A stretch of DNA of 57,315 nucleotides from an uncultured Chthonomonadaceae bacterium (GTDB lineage Bacteria; Armatimonadota; Chthonomonadetes; Chthonomonadales; Chthonomonadaceae): contig CAWIEK010000067.1 of assembly GCA_963835065.1 (NCBI GenBank), positions 1 to 57,315 on the forward strand. The letters are read 5' to 3'. Below the pieces are notes generated by a model. The model saw only the letters and a list, made by a program, of their open reading frames with translations, did no database searches and was not told the DNA's origin. The position numbers and the translations under genes were made by a program. Positions 11,259 through 21,135 of the stretch are shown in pieces; position 1 is the stretch's first letter, and each line of letters starts with the position of its first letter.

Positions 11259-12572
11259 ATGAGCGGTCGGTCGCCGGATTGGGATAAAGAAAAAATCGTT
11301 ATTGGCGTGTTGGGGTTGGGCGTCGTCGGGTCGGGTACGGTGGATTTGCTGCAGCGCAACCGCCGCGCCATTGAGCAGAAAATCGGCCTGCCATTTGTGA
11401 TCAAGAAAGTCGCCGTGCGGGATGTGTACAAGCCGCGCGCCGTTGCCGTCGCCCGCGAACTGCTGACAACCAATGCGGGCGATATTCTGGACGACCCGGA
11501 CGTGGATATTGTCTGCGAACTGATCGGCGGCGTGGAACCGGCGCAGGGGTTTGTGCTGCGCGCCCTGCGCAACGGCAAGCAGATCGTCACGGCCAACAAA
11601 GAACTGATTGCCAAGCAGGGGCAAACCCTGATGGAAGAGGCCCGGCAGCGCGGCCTGGACTTTTTGTTTGAAGGCAGCGTTGCGGGCGGCATCCCCATCA
11701 TTCAGCCGATGAAAAACGCGCTGGCGGGCAACAAAGTCGAGGAAGTCGTCGGCATCATCAACGGCACGACCAATTATATCCTGACCAAAATGGCCCGCGA
11801 ACATGCCGACTTCAATGAGGTTTTGAAAGAAGCGCAGGAACACGGCTACGCGGAAGTGGACCCGACCAGCGACATCGAAGGCTACGACGCGCAGTACAAA
11901 ATCGCCATTCTCGCCTCTATTGCCTATGCCACCCGCGTCAATCTGGCGGATGTGTACGTAGAAGGCATTACGGGTATCGCCCGCGAAGATATCGAGTACG
12001 CGCACGAAATGGGCTACGTCATTAAATTGGTTGGCGTGGCGAAGCGGGAAGACGACCATCGCATACAGGTGCGCGTTCATCCCGTCCTACTGCTGCAATC
12101 GCATCCCCTTGCCGCCACAAATGACGTGTACAACGCCGTGATGGTCAAGGGCGACTCGGTTGGCGACGTGATGTTTTACGGCAGGGGCGCGGGCAGCGGG
12201 CCGACGGGCAGCGCGGTTGTCGGCGATATTATAGACGCCTGCCGCAACCTGCGACGGGGCGCGTCCGGGCGGGACGCCTATCTGTGCTTTGACGAAAAAT
12301 CCGTCGTGCCGATGGACGAAGTTGTCACGCGGCATTATATCCGCATGGTGGTGCAGGACCGTCCCAAAGTGCTGGCGGCGATTGCGGGCGTGTTCGGCGA
12401 TTTCAACATCAACATCGAATCTATGGTGCAGAAAACCATTCAGGGCAAGCACACCGATATTGTGTGGGTAATGCACGAAGCGCCGGGCCGCAGCGTCAAG
12501 CAGGCTTTGGAAGTTATCAAACAATTGCCGGTTGTCGTGGAAGTGAGCAACTGGCTTCGCGTGGAAGATTAG
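11259..12572 (+). CDS. hom: Homoserine dehydrogenase with ACT domain
   Basis: GLGVVGSG, VTANK, FEGSVAGGIP, GIINGTTNYIL; C-terminal ACT domain; GGAGG RBS. Confidence 0.95.
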   Translation: MSGRSPDWDKEKIVIGVLGLGVVGSGTVDLLQRNRRAIEQKIGLPFVIKKVAVRDVYKPRAVAVARELLTTNAGDILDDPDVDIVCELIGGVEPAQGFVLRALRNGKQIVTANKELIAKQGQTLMEEARQRGLDFLFEGSVAGGIPIIQPMKNALAGNKVEEVVGIINGTTNYILTKMAREHADFNEVLKEAQEHGYAEVDPTSDIEGYDAQYKIAILASIAYATRVNLADVYVEGITGIAREDIEYAHEMGYVIKLVGVAKREDDHRIQVRVHPVLLLQSHPLAATNDVYNAVMVKGDSVGDVMFYGRGAGSGPTGSAVVGDIIDACRNLRRGASGRDAYLCFDEKSVVPMDEVVTRHYIRMVVQDRPKVLAAIAGVFGDFNINIESMVQKTIQGKHTDIVWVMHEAPGRSVKQALEVIKQLPVVVEVSNWLRVED

Positions 12573-12704
12573 TGGCTGGTGACTGGTGGCTGGCGGTTGG
12601 TTGTTGGTAATGACCGGACGTTTCCAATCATCGGCCAAACTGCCGTTTGAGCGCTTTTTCCTTTCTCCCTTTTCCTTTTTCCTGAATTCAAGGAGTAGTA
12701 CCCT

Positions 12705-15147
12705 ATGCGCGACGAGGTTGATTCCATGCCGCAGGACAATCCAGCCTCTGCGACTCTCCCGAACACGCCGTCTGTTTCCGCCGCCAGGCCGCCCGCGTAT
12801 GGCGCGTCACGCCTGCCGCTGATCTTGTATGCGCTGACCATTTTTTCTGAGCGCGTTTCTGCTGTTTCAGGTGCAGCCCATTATCGCCAAAATCATTCTG
12901 CCCTGGTTCGGCGGCACGGCGGCGGTGTGGACAACGTGCCTGCTGTTCTTCCAGTTGGTGCTGCTGCTCGGTTACTTGTACGCGCACGGCTCCATACGCT
13001 TCCTGCCGACTGTCGCGCAGCGGTATGTTCACATCGGCCTGCTGGCAATCAGCGCCGTGACCCTGCACATGCTGCCTTCGGCCACGCTGAAGCCACACGG
13101 CGGCGCGGAACCGACCGGCCCGATTCTGCTCCTGCTCCTGCTGACCATCGGCCTGCCCTATTTCCTGCTTTCCACCACCAGCCCGCTCCTGCAAGCCTGG
13201 TACGACGCCCACATTCGCGCCAATGCCCTCGCCGACGAACGCGCCAAATCCTTTCCGTATCGCCTGTACGCCCTGTCCAACACCGGCTCCCTCCTCGCCC
13301 TGCTCAGTTACCCCATTCTCGTCGAACCCCGCTACACCCTGCACCAACAGGCAACCCTCTGGCAAACCGGCTACATCGGCTTCGCCCTCCTGTGCATCGT
13401 AGTCGCGCTGCGTATGAGAGGAGGAAAGGAAGAAGGACAGGGAACAGAGGAAACTCAATCGGCAATCGTCAATCGTCAATCGTCAATCCCTTCCCTCAAC
13501 CCTCAACCCTCAACCCCCAACCCCGCCTGGTGGCTGTACCCCCTGTGGATACTGCTGGCGGCGTGTTCGTCTTCGCTGCTGTTGGCGGTCAGCAACCATT
13601 TGTCGCAGAATGTGGCGGCGATCCCGTTTTTGTGGGTGCTGCCTCTGAGTTTGTATCTGCTGAGTTTCATCTGGTGCTTTGGGAACAAGGAGTGGGAGTG
13701 GAAGCGGGCGTTTCTGCCCCTGCCGTTTGCCCTGTGCGCGGCGATGGCGTATGCGCTCAACGACAACAACCAGAATTTGCCCATCAACATACTGATTCCA
13801 GTTTTTGCGGGCGGATTGTTTGTCTGCTGCGTGTTGTGTCATGGCGAACTGGCGCGCTTGAAGCCGGACACGCGGCACTTAACCGCCTTTTACCTGATGC
13901 TTTCCATCGGCGGCGCGTTGGGCGGAGTGTTTGTCGGCGTGATCGCGCCCCGCTATTTCCATGCGGAGTATGAACTGCCCCTTACCATTGGAGCCTGCGC
14001 CCTCATCGCGCTGTTCGCGCTGTACCGGGAGCCGGGACGAAGATGGCAGGAATCGGATTGGATCGCGCTGATAATCCTGGCGCGCGGAATTGTAGATGTC
14101 AACAGGGTGGCTGAATGGATTGTCAGCCATTTCCCGTCCCAGGTCCTACTGGCGCGCGGAATCGTAGATTTCAACTGGTATCTTGTCGTTGGCGCGTGTC
14201 TCCTGCTTGCGCTGCTCGCGCTGTATCGGGGGAAGGGACAAAAAGGGTGGCCGGAGGCGGATTGGATCGCCCTTGCGATCCTGACGAGCGGCATCTTCGC
14301 GTATATGCGCGTCAACATGCAGCAGCAGCTCAAGGATTACATCGTCACCACGCGCAACTTTTACGGTGTCCTGCGCGTCAGCGAGTTGGATGACCCGACA
14401 GCCGACGATGCCACGCGCAGTCTCGTGTACGGCTCCATTCAGCACGGCAACCAGTTCCTCAAGCCGGAAAAGCGCCGCCTGCACACTTCGTATTACGGCA
14501 ACAGCACGGGCGTCGGGCTGGCCGTCCGAACGCGCGCCGACAGCCACCCGGAGCGCGTTGGCGTGATCGGATTGGGTACGGGTTCGCTTGCCAGTTACGG
14601 CAGGAAGGGCGACGTGTACCGCTATTACGAGATCAATCCGCTCGTGCTGAAAGTGGCGCGTTCGGAGTTTACGTATTTGCAGGACTGCCCCGCGCAGATT
14701 GATGTCGTGATGGGCGATGCGCGGCTGACGCTGGAAAGCGAACTCGCGTCCGGCCGCCCACAGCATTTCGACGTGCTGGCCGTAGATGCGTTTTCCAGTG
14801 ACGCCATCCCCGTCCACCTGCTGACCAAAGAAGCGTTTGAGTTGTACTTCAAGCATTTGAAGCCGGACGGCATTTTGTGCGTCCACGTTTCCAACCGCTA
14901 CCTGAACCTTGTGCCCGTTGTGGCAAAGCTGGCGGATGAGTTGGGCAAGGAAGCCAAAGTCGTCAACACGTCCTCCGATGAAGCGAGCGATCAGGCCATG
15001 ACCGAATGGGTGCTGGTAACGGCGCAGCACAGCTTTTTCAAATCTCCGCTACTGAAAAACGCGGTCGAAAACCTGGAGCGCGACCCGCATTTGCGAACAT
15101 GGACGGACGATTACAGTAATCTTTATCAAGTGCTGAAAAGAGAGTGA
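12705..15147 (+). CDS. Fused membrane (MFS-like)/spermidine-synthase-like SAM-dependent protein (homopolymer frameshift near 12845)
   Basis: Multiple TM helices (LPWFGGTAAVWTTCLLFFQ, PYRLYALSN); VIGLGTG and DAFSSDAIPVHLLT motifs. Confidence 0.88.
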
Positions 15148-15167
15148 GCAGGGCTGTTTTGAGAATA

Positions 15168-15271
15168 GCCCTCACCCCAACCCCTCTCCTGGCCGCTCGT
15201 TCCTCGCTAGGAGAGGGGCTATTGTTGGCTTGCCCTTTCCTGCCTGCTCGTTCCTCGCTGGGAGAGGGGCT
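15168..15271. repeat. REP-like hairpin repeats CCCTCACCCC..CCCCTCTCC..GGAGAGGGG
   Basis: Two copies of GCTCGTTCCTCGCT(A/G)GGAGAGGGGCT; palindromic stem. Confidence 0.7.
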
Positions 15272-15407
15272 TTTCATACTCAAAGGCGAACAGAGTTCAT
15301 GAAGTCTTGAGAGAGGCTCTCAGGCGAACGCTGTTGCGAAGGTCCGCAAGCGCCGGGAAAACAGTAGCGGTGGAAGCACATCGGGAACACGGTAGGCAAA
15401 AAAGAGG

Positions 15408-15515
15408 ATATGTAGAGGCATCGTCGAAATCTTGGCAATGCAGCGCTTCCAGCCCGATGTCTCGTTGTGTCAAGTTGTAGGAGAGAGGCGTCATGACCTC
15501 AGAAGCGTCAGGGCG
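15408..15515 (-). repeat. 108-bp dispersed repeat, copy 2
   Basis: Reverse complement of 974-1081. Confidence 0.9.
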
Positions 15516-16168
15516 AACGGGAGGGGTGAAACATAGGACTGGCACCTCCCTTCCTGTGTGTCTAACATCTGTAGTGTAGACGTTATTCTACTATTTAGAC
15601 GGCTACGTGGGGTAAAGGGTTCGCCTTTTTTCGCGTTGTTTGGCTCTTTTTCCTATATTTTTTGCGGGATTGTTTTTGCGGGAGGGTTGCCGTTGGCATC
15701 TTGGGGGAACAGGGGGCGCTTGCTTCGGGTCTGTACATCCAGTACTTCTTGGCGGGCATAACAGGTTGCTCCTGCAGGACAGCCGGTACGGCGGAAGCAT
15801 CCGTTTTCCGGGAAAGTGGCTTATGATAAGGCAGGTACGCCCCTACGCAAACCGCTTCGCCACCAATGCTCACTTCTATTCCGTTCGTGGAAGCGCTTCT
15901 GGTTCCACATGTGTGACGAACAAGGCAGCGGGCAGATGTGTCTCTTGCCAGCATCGCGCGCGATAATAGGTGATGGCGCGATACATTCCCACCGACATAT
16001 CCAGTGCAGACAACGCATCCAGTTCTTCATCGTCAACTTTGCCAGTCTGTCCGGGGTTGGTTGCGCCGTTAAAGTTTACTCCTTCCCCACAGACGCCCGT
16101 ACCAACTGCTCCTGCGGCGTCTCAACTCCCACTTCGGCGGCGCGCAGCAACATGGCCTCCTGTGCCTG

Positions 16169-16861
16169 CTATCTATATCGCACATACCGCCACTTGATTC
16201 TCCAACCATCCTCTCTTTTCGTGAACATGTAAGCCCCGTCCATGCCATGAGCAGTAGGGCCGGCTACAAATCTCAGAAGGGCTTGCCTTCCATCCTTTGA
16301 AAATCCAGGTAACCAGCTCGCTAAGGACCCTGTATTGAGATAGGCGTATTTAAAACCTAAATTAGTTATTACCGTGCCTTGTTTCACGGGAGAACCGATC
16401 ATGACGCTGTGGCTCTTAGGCTTAAAGTTTGCGATAGATACAGGTATCTGGTTGCGTTGAACGAGATTATCATGAATCTCATCAGGGATATCAAATGCGT
16501 CCTGTGGCCCCCTCTGGTCTCTGAAATAGGTATAATCTGCGTTGGTTCCCTCCAATATAATCTTCAGGAACGGAAGTGTTGTTGAACTGATCCAGAGGCG
16601 ACGTGGTATTTTCTGTCCTTTTGGAACAGGGCCGAAATTCTTGACAAACTCTTTGTTCCTCAACAGGTCGAGAGCAACAATTTCAATGAGTCGATAATCG
16701 GTATCGGTTGCAGAAGCAGAAGCCGCCTCTGTGGACGTATTTTTGTTCGGCTGCTCTGACGACTCTTTTGCACCATCTTGATGGGGTTGCATGAACGGCT
16801 GTCCACAGAAGACACTCGCCAATAAAAGGGTAGCCCACGGACTTATCGTAGCATGGCTCAT
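16169..16861 (-). CDS. Hypothetical secreted protein, AT-richer than host
   Basis: 230-aa ORF with signal-like N-terminus and C-terminal PGFSKDGRQAL...GWRIKW. Confidence 0.65.
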   Translation of the reverse strand: MSHATISPWATLLLASVFCGQPFMQPHQDGAKESSEQPNKNTSTEAASASATDTDYRLIEIVALDLLRNKEFVKNFGPVPKGQKIPRRLWISSTTLPFLKIILEGTNADYTYFRDQRGPQDAFDIPDEIHDNLVQRNQIPVSIANFKPKSHSVMIGSPVKQGTVITNLGFKYAYLNTGSLASWLPGFSKDGRQALLRFVAGPTAHGMDGAYMFTKREDGWRIKWRYVRYR

Positions 16862-17318
16862 TTCTAATTGCCTTCCAATATCCCATATAATATGCGCCTA
16901 TGACAACAGTTCTGTCCACAAGATGTTTATGTATGCGCCCTTGCTCACAATCCGCTTGTCCGTCTTCGGCTCCATACCTACCGCCTCCTGCCTCTGCTGC
17001 TTTGTTACTTTGCGCCTGTGCGTAGTAGGGCTACATGGTCAAAACGTTCCTAGTCTTGTGCCAGCATAAGTGGAGTATTGCCATTATATTTTGGAGCATG
17101 GGCAGATTTTCATCCACTGTATTACTTCAGCACAGACAAAAGCAGTAGACGCCGACGTTTCATGCCTCTGTATTCGCTGTCATGCGCGGAACTCCTGCTT
17201 GCATCAGGCAGCAGAACAGGTTATTTTCCAGAAAGCCCCTGACATAACCCTGTGATTTTACGTATTGGGTATACTCTTATTCTCTTATCACCTATTCTGG
17301 TGGAAACGAAGGCTAGCT

Positions 17319-17906
17319 ATGACAAACAACGGGCGTAACGGCAGCCATGCCAATTCTAAAACGGAAACGAAGCCGAGTGGAGAGACCATTGCGCCGACGC
17401 AGGATTCCAACCCGGCCTCGTTTGAACTGCGGATTTTAGACCCGCGCAAAATTCGGATATTCCGGGCCGCAGGCATCCCGCGCCTGACGCTTCAGGACGA
17501 CCGCTCGTGGTCGAAAGTGTCGGTTGCCCGCGCCTTTCCGCTGTCCGACCCCAAACACTACATTGGATTTCTGGACGGCGCGGGCAAGGACGTGGGACTG
17601 CTGCACGACCCGGATCAGCTTGATCCCGAATCGCGCAAACTGGTGGAGGAGGAACTGGAAAAACGCTATTTCGTTCCCATCGTGGAGCGCGTTTCCAGCG
17701 TGAAAGAGGAGTTCGGAACCATTTACTGGACGGTGGAAACCGACCGGGGGGCTAAAGAAATCGTCGTTCGCAATCTGCGCGACAACCTTCAGGAACTGGC
17801 GCAGGGCCGCGTCATTATTACGGACGCGGACGGCAATCGCTTCGAGTTCCCCGACATCAACAAACTGGACAACAAAAGCCTGGGCATCATCATGCGCAAC
17901 CTATGA
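17319..17906 (+). CDS. DUF1854-domain protein
   Basis: RAFPLSDP, EEELEKRYFVP, WTVETDRG and DADGNRF motifs. Confidence 0.85.
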   Translation: MTNNGRNGSHANSKTETKPSGETIAPTQDSNPASFELRILDPRKIRIFRAAGIPRLTLQDDRSWSKVSVARAFPLSDPKHYIGFLDGAGKDVGLLHDPDQLDPESRKLVEEELEKRYFVPIVERVSSVKEEFGTIYWTVETDRGAKEIVVRNLRDNLQELAQGRVIITDADGNRFEFPDINKLDNKSLGIIMRNL

Positions 17907-17940
17907 TTTCATTCACGTAAGTCAGATAAGGCGGCAAGCG

Positions 17941-18723
17941 ATGCAGGTCAATCTGGAAGGCAAAGTCGTGCTGGTGACGGGAGCGGCAAAGGGAATTGGC
18001 AAGGCCATTGCGGATGTGCTTGCCGCCAATCATGCCCGCGTGGTTTACTCCGATATTGATGTGGAAGGGGCGCGTTTGGCGTCTGCGCATACGGCGGGAA
18101 GCCTTGCCTTGCATCTGGATGTTGGCGAACCGGAGCAAGTACGGCAGGGCGTTGATTTTGTCCTCGAACAGTGTGGGCGGCTTGACATTCTGGTGAACAA
18201 TGCGGGCATCAATACCTTGCAGCATCGCGTCAACGTAGACGCTTTTCCGCTGGAAGAGTGGGAACGGATCGTGCGCGTGGATATGACCGGCCTGTTTCTG
18301 ATGTCGCAGGCGGCGGCAAAACCGATGCTGGCGCAGGGCAGCGGGCGCATTATCAACATCGCTTCGGTGGTCGGACTGGTTCCGCTCAGGCTGCAAAGCG
18401 CATTTGTGGCGGCGAAAGCGGGCGTGGTCAATCTGACCCGCTCGATGGCGCTGGAACTGGGGCCGCAGGGCGTTCTTGTCAACGGCATCGCGCCGGGTTC
18501 CATTCTGACCGAAGGAACCCGGCAGTTGTTTTATGGCGAGGATGGCAAATTCCGCGAACGCGCAGCCGCGCTGCTGGCCCACATCCCGCTCGGACGCCCC
18601 GGTACGCCCGAAGAAGTGGCTCACGCCGCCCTCTTTCTGGCCGCCCCGGAAAGCAGTTACATCAACGGCCACATCCTCACCGTAGACGGCGGCTGGACGG
18701 CGGGGTATTTGCGGGAGTTTTAG
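17941..18723 (+). CDS. SDR-family oxidoreductase
   Basis: TGAAKGIG and NNAG motifs; FVAAK replaces canonical YxxxK; VDGG near C-terminus. Confidence 0.9.
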   Translation: MQVNLEGKVVLVTGAAKGIGKAIADVLAANHARVVYSDIDVEGARLASAHTAGSLALHLDVGEPEQVRQGVDFVLEQCGRLDILVNNAGINTLQHRVNVDAFPLEEWERIVRVDMTGLFLMSQAAAKPMLAQGSGRIINIASVVGLVPLRLQSAFVAAKAGVVNLTRSMALELGPQGVLVNGIAPGSILTEGTRQLFYGEDGKFRERAAALLAHIPLGRPGTPEEVAHAALFLAAPESSYINGHILTVDGGWTAGYLREF

Positions 18724-18834
18724 TCGGTGTTCGGTATTCGGTGTTCGGTGTTCGGGTAATACAAATGCACAAGTTTACAACAGTGACGATAGGTTTACCA
18801 TCCGAACACCTGAACACCTGAATACCTGAATACC
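18724..18834. repeat. Inverted pair of TTCGGTG / CTGAACAC-type arrays
   Basis: Lies between the SDR stop and the cupin RBS. Confidence 0.75.
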
Positions 18835-18848
18835 GCAAGGAGAAACCA

Positions 18849-19271
18849 ATGGCGGAAATCACGCAGTTCAAGGGTTATGAGGCGGGGGAGCCGACGATTC
18901 CGAAGCCGGATTCGCCCGTGTATCCAATGATTGTCACGGTGCAGGAGGGGGTTCCGGTCGCGTATCCGGGGTGTCATGGCCTGGGCGTTCGCGTGGTGCA
19001 TCCGGTCAATCCCAACGCGCCCGCGAAGAACCTGGGGCTGGTGATGTTTTACCTGCCGCCGCATACCATCAACGCGCCCGGTTCGCACGAAACGGAAGAA
19101 ACGTATGTGATTTTGGAAGGGCGCGGCGTAATGACGTTTGCGCAGGGCCGGAAGGAACACGTTGAAAAAGGCATGTTCGTGTACCTGCCGCCCTGGTGCG
19201 AGCATGGGATTGAGAATACAGGCACGGAAACGCTGGTGGTTCTCATTGCGACCTCGCCGCCGAATCCATAG
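18849..19271 (+). CDS. Cupin-domain protein
   Basis: SHETEETYVILEG...PPWCEHGIEN cupin motifs. Confidence 0.85.
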   Translation: MAEITQFKGYEAGEPTIPKPDSPVYPMIVTVQEGVPVAYPGCHGLGVRVVHPVNPNAPAKNLGLVMFYLPPHTINAPGSHETEETYVILEGRGVMTFAQGRKEHVEKGMFVYLPPWCEHGIENTGTETLVVLIATSPPNP

Positions 19272-19305
19272 GGTTTCAGGGACACTACCGTTGAAATAAG
19301 AATTC

Positions 19306-19428
19306 GTAGGGGCGCAATTTATTGCGCCCTCGCGCGTAATTGCGCCCTCTCTCGGAACAGCCAGATTACGGGCGTGATATTACCACGGGGGTGATGATTA
19401 TTGCGGGCGTGATGAATCACGCCCCTAC
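19306..19428. repeat. GTAG-type REP doublet (REPIN-like)
   Basis: GTAGGGGCGCAATTTATTGCGCCC ... GGGCGTGATGAATCACGCCCCTAC; second copy at 27986-28073; overlaps the kdsA stop. Confidence 0.85.
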
Positions 19429-20256
19429 AATCTTATCTATGGCTATGGCTTGGCGGAGCAGGACGGGCAATTCGGCCAGAGGAAGCATGGTGGCGGCGTC
19501 GGACAAGCCTTTGGCCGGGTCGGGATGGATTTCCAAAAACAGCGCGTCCACGCCTGCCGCCACCGCCGCCCGCGTCAGGTGCGGAATAAACTCGCGCTGC
19601 CCGCCCGAACTGGTTCCGCCCAACCCGCCGCCCGGTTTTTGGACGCTGTGTGTGCCGTCAAACACGACGGGATAGCCCAATTGCCGCATTTGCGGCAGGC
19701 TGGTCATGTCTACGACAAGCGTATTATAGCCGAAGGAAACGCCCCGCTCGGTCAGCAGCAAGTTATGGTTGCCCGTGTCCTCGATTTTACTGACGATGTT
19801 GGACATATCCCAGGGCGCGAGAAACTGCCCTTTTTTCACGTTGATGGCTTTGCCGGTATGCGCGGCGGCTAAAAGCAGATCGGTTTGCCGGCACAGAAAC
19901 GCCGGGATTTGCAGCACGTCGCATACTTCCGCAACGGGCGCGCACTGCCAGGATTCATGCACGTCGGTCAGCACGGGAACGCCGAACTCTTCGCGTATGG
20001 CGGCAAGGACTTCCAAACCCTTGTCCATGCCCTGCCCGCGAAACGAACCGCCCGATGTGCGGTTAGCCTTGTCGAAACTGGCTTTGAAGATATAGTTGAT
20101 TCCCAGTTCCCGCGTGATGCGCTGCGCTTCCTGCGCCACCATGCGGCACAAGTCCAGGCTCTCAATCACGCACGGCCCGCCGATCAGCGTCAGGGGCGCG
20201 GCTGCCGCTTCGTTTTGGGTTCGCACGACAATGTTTTGAATGGCTACTGAAGGCAT
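19417..20256 (-). CDS. kdsA: KDO 8-phosphate synthase
   Basis: [36 protein letters not shown] and DGTHSVQ motifs. Confidence 0.96.
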   Translation of the reverse strand: MPSVAIQNIVVRTQNEAAAAPLTLIGGPCVIESLDLCRMVAQEAQRITRELGINYIFKASFDKANRTSGGSFRGQGMDKGLEVLAAIREEFGVPVLTDVHESWQCAPVAEVCDVLQIPAFLCRQTDLLLAAAHTGKAINVKKGQFLAPWDMSNIVSKIEDTGNHNLLLTERGVSFGYNTLVVDMTSLPQMRQLGYPVVFDGTHSVQKPGGGLGGTSSGGQREFIPHLTRAAVAAGVDALFLEIHPDPAKGLSDAATMLPLAELPVLLRQAIAIDKIVGA

Positions 20257-20451
20257 AAGTGGACTCTTTTCCCAAACTTTTCCTGGCCGGGATTGAAAGT
20301 ACCCGAAAGGACAAAATAAGCGTCCTGCGAACGCAACTCATTAGGAAGATGCCCGCGTCCGTAGGACGCTTGTACTTTTGTGCCGGGTACTTTCAGTACC
20401 CGGCCAGAACTTCACAGCAAGCATTTCCAATACGCGGCACAAGGCTTGGCC

Positions 20452-20754
20452 TCATACGTCTACCAGCACGTCGCCGTTTTCCACTTTGCAGGGGAAGGTC
20501 GCCACGCAGATTTGCGGATTGTACGCCATTTCGCCCGTCTTGACGTTGAACTGCCAGGCGTGCCAGGGACAGGTCACTTCCGCGCCGTCCACATAGCCCT
20601 CGCCCAACGGTCCTTCGGCATGAGGGCACATATTATCAATGCAGTAGAACTCGCCACCCACATTGAAAATCGCCACTTCCCGGCTGCCCGCGTCCACCAC
20701 GCGCCCCTCGCCGGCCTTGACACTCACTTCTTCCGCCACTTTCACAAACCCCAT
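20452..20754 (-). CDS. Rieske [2Fe-2S] ferredoxin
   Basis: CPH...CPWH ligands. Confidence 0.92.
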   Translation of the reverse strand: MGFVKVAEEVSVKAGEGRVVDAGSREVAIFNVGGEFYCIDNMCPHAEGPLGEGYVDGAEVTCPWHAWQFNVKTGEMAYNPQICVATFPCKVENGDVLVDV

Positions 20755-20785
20755 GAACGCTTTCCTCCCACCGTAATAGATTCTT

Positions 20786-21112
20786 TCAGCCGACTTCCAC
20801 TTCCCCCGTCCATTCGCTCATGCCGCCCCCAAGATGGCTGACATTGGTAAAGCCCGCCTGTGTCGCCAGGTAGTTTGCCACGATATGGCTGCGAACCCCA
20901 TGTTCACAAACCACAATGATTTCGCGCTTCACGTCCATATTCGGCAGGTACGCCGTCACTTGCGGCATCGGCAGCAGCATCGCGCCGGGAATATGGTGTA
21001 TTTCCCATTCTTCCGGCCAGCGCACGTCCAGCAACAACAGTTCCGGGTTCGCCGCCCGCCGCGCCAATACCTGATCGGTTGTCAGCTCCGCAACTGCGCC
21101 TTGTTCCGCCAT
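20786..21112 (-). CDS. Rhodanese-like protein
   Basis: LLDVR, HIPGA, CEHGVRS and GGMSEW motifs. Confidence 0.92.
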   Translation of the reverse strand: MAEQGAVAELTTDQVLARRAANPELLLLDVRWPEEWEIHHIPGAMLLPMPQVTAYLPNMDVKREIIVVCEHGVRSHIVANYLATQAGFTNVSHLGGGMSEWTGEVEVG

Positions 21113-21135
21113 ACCGTCCCTGCTCTCCGTCTTCC

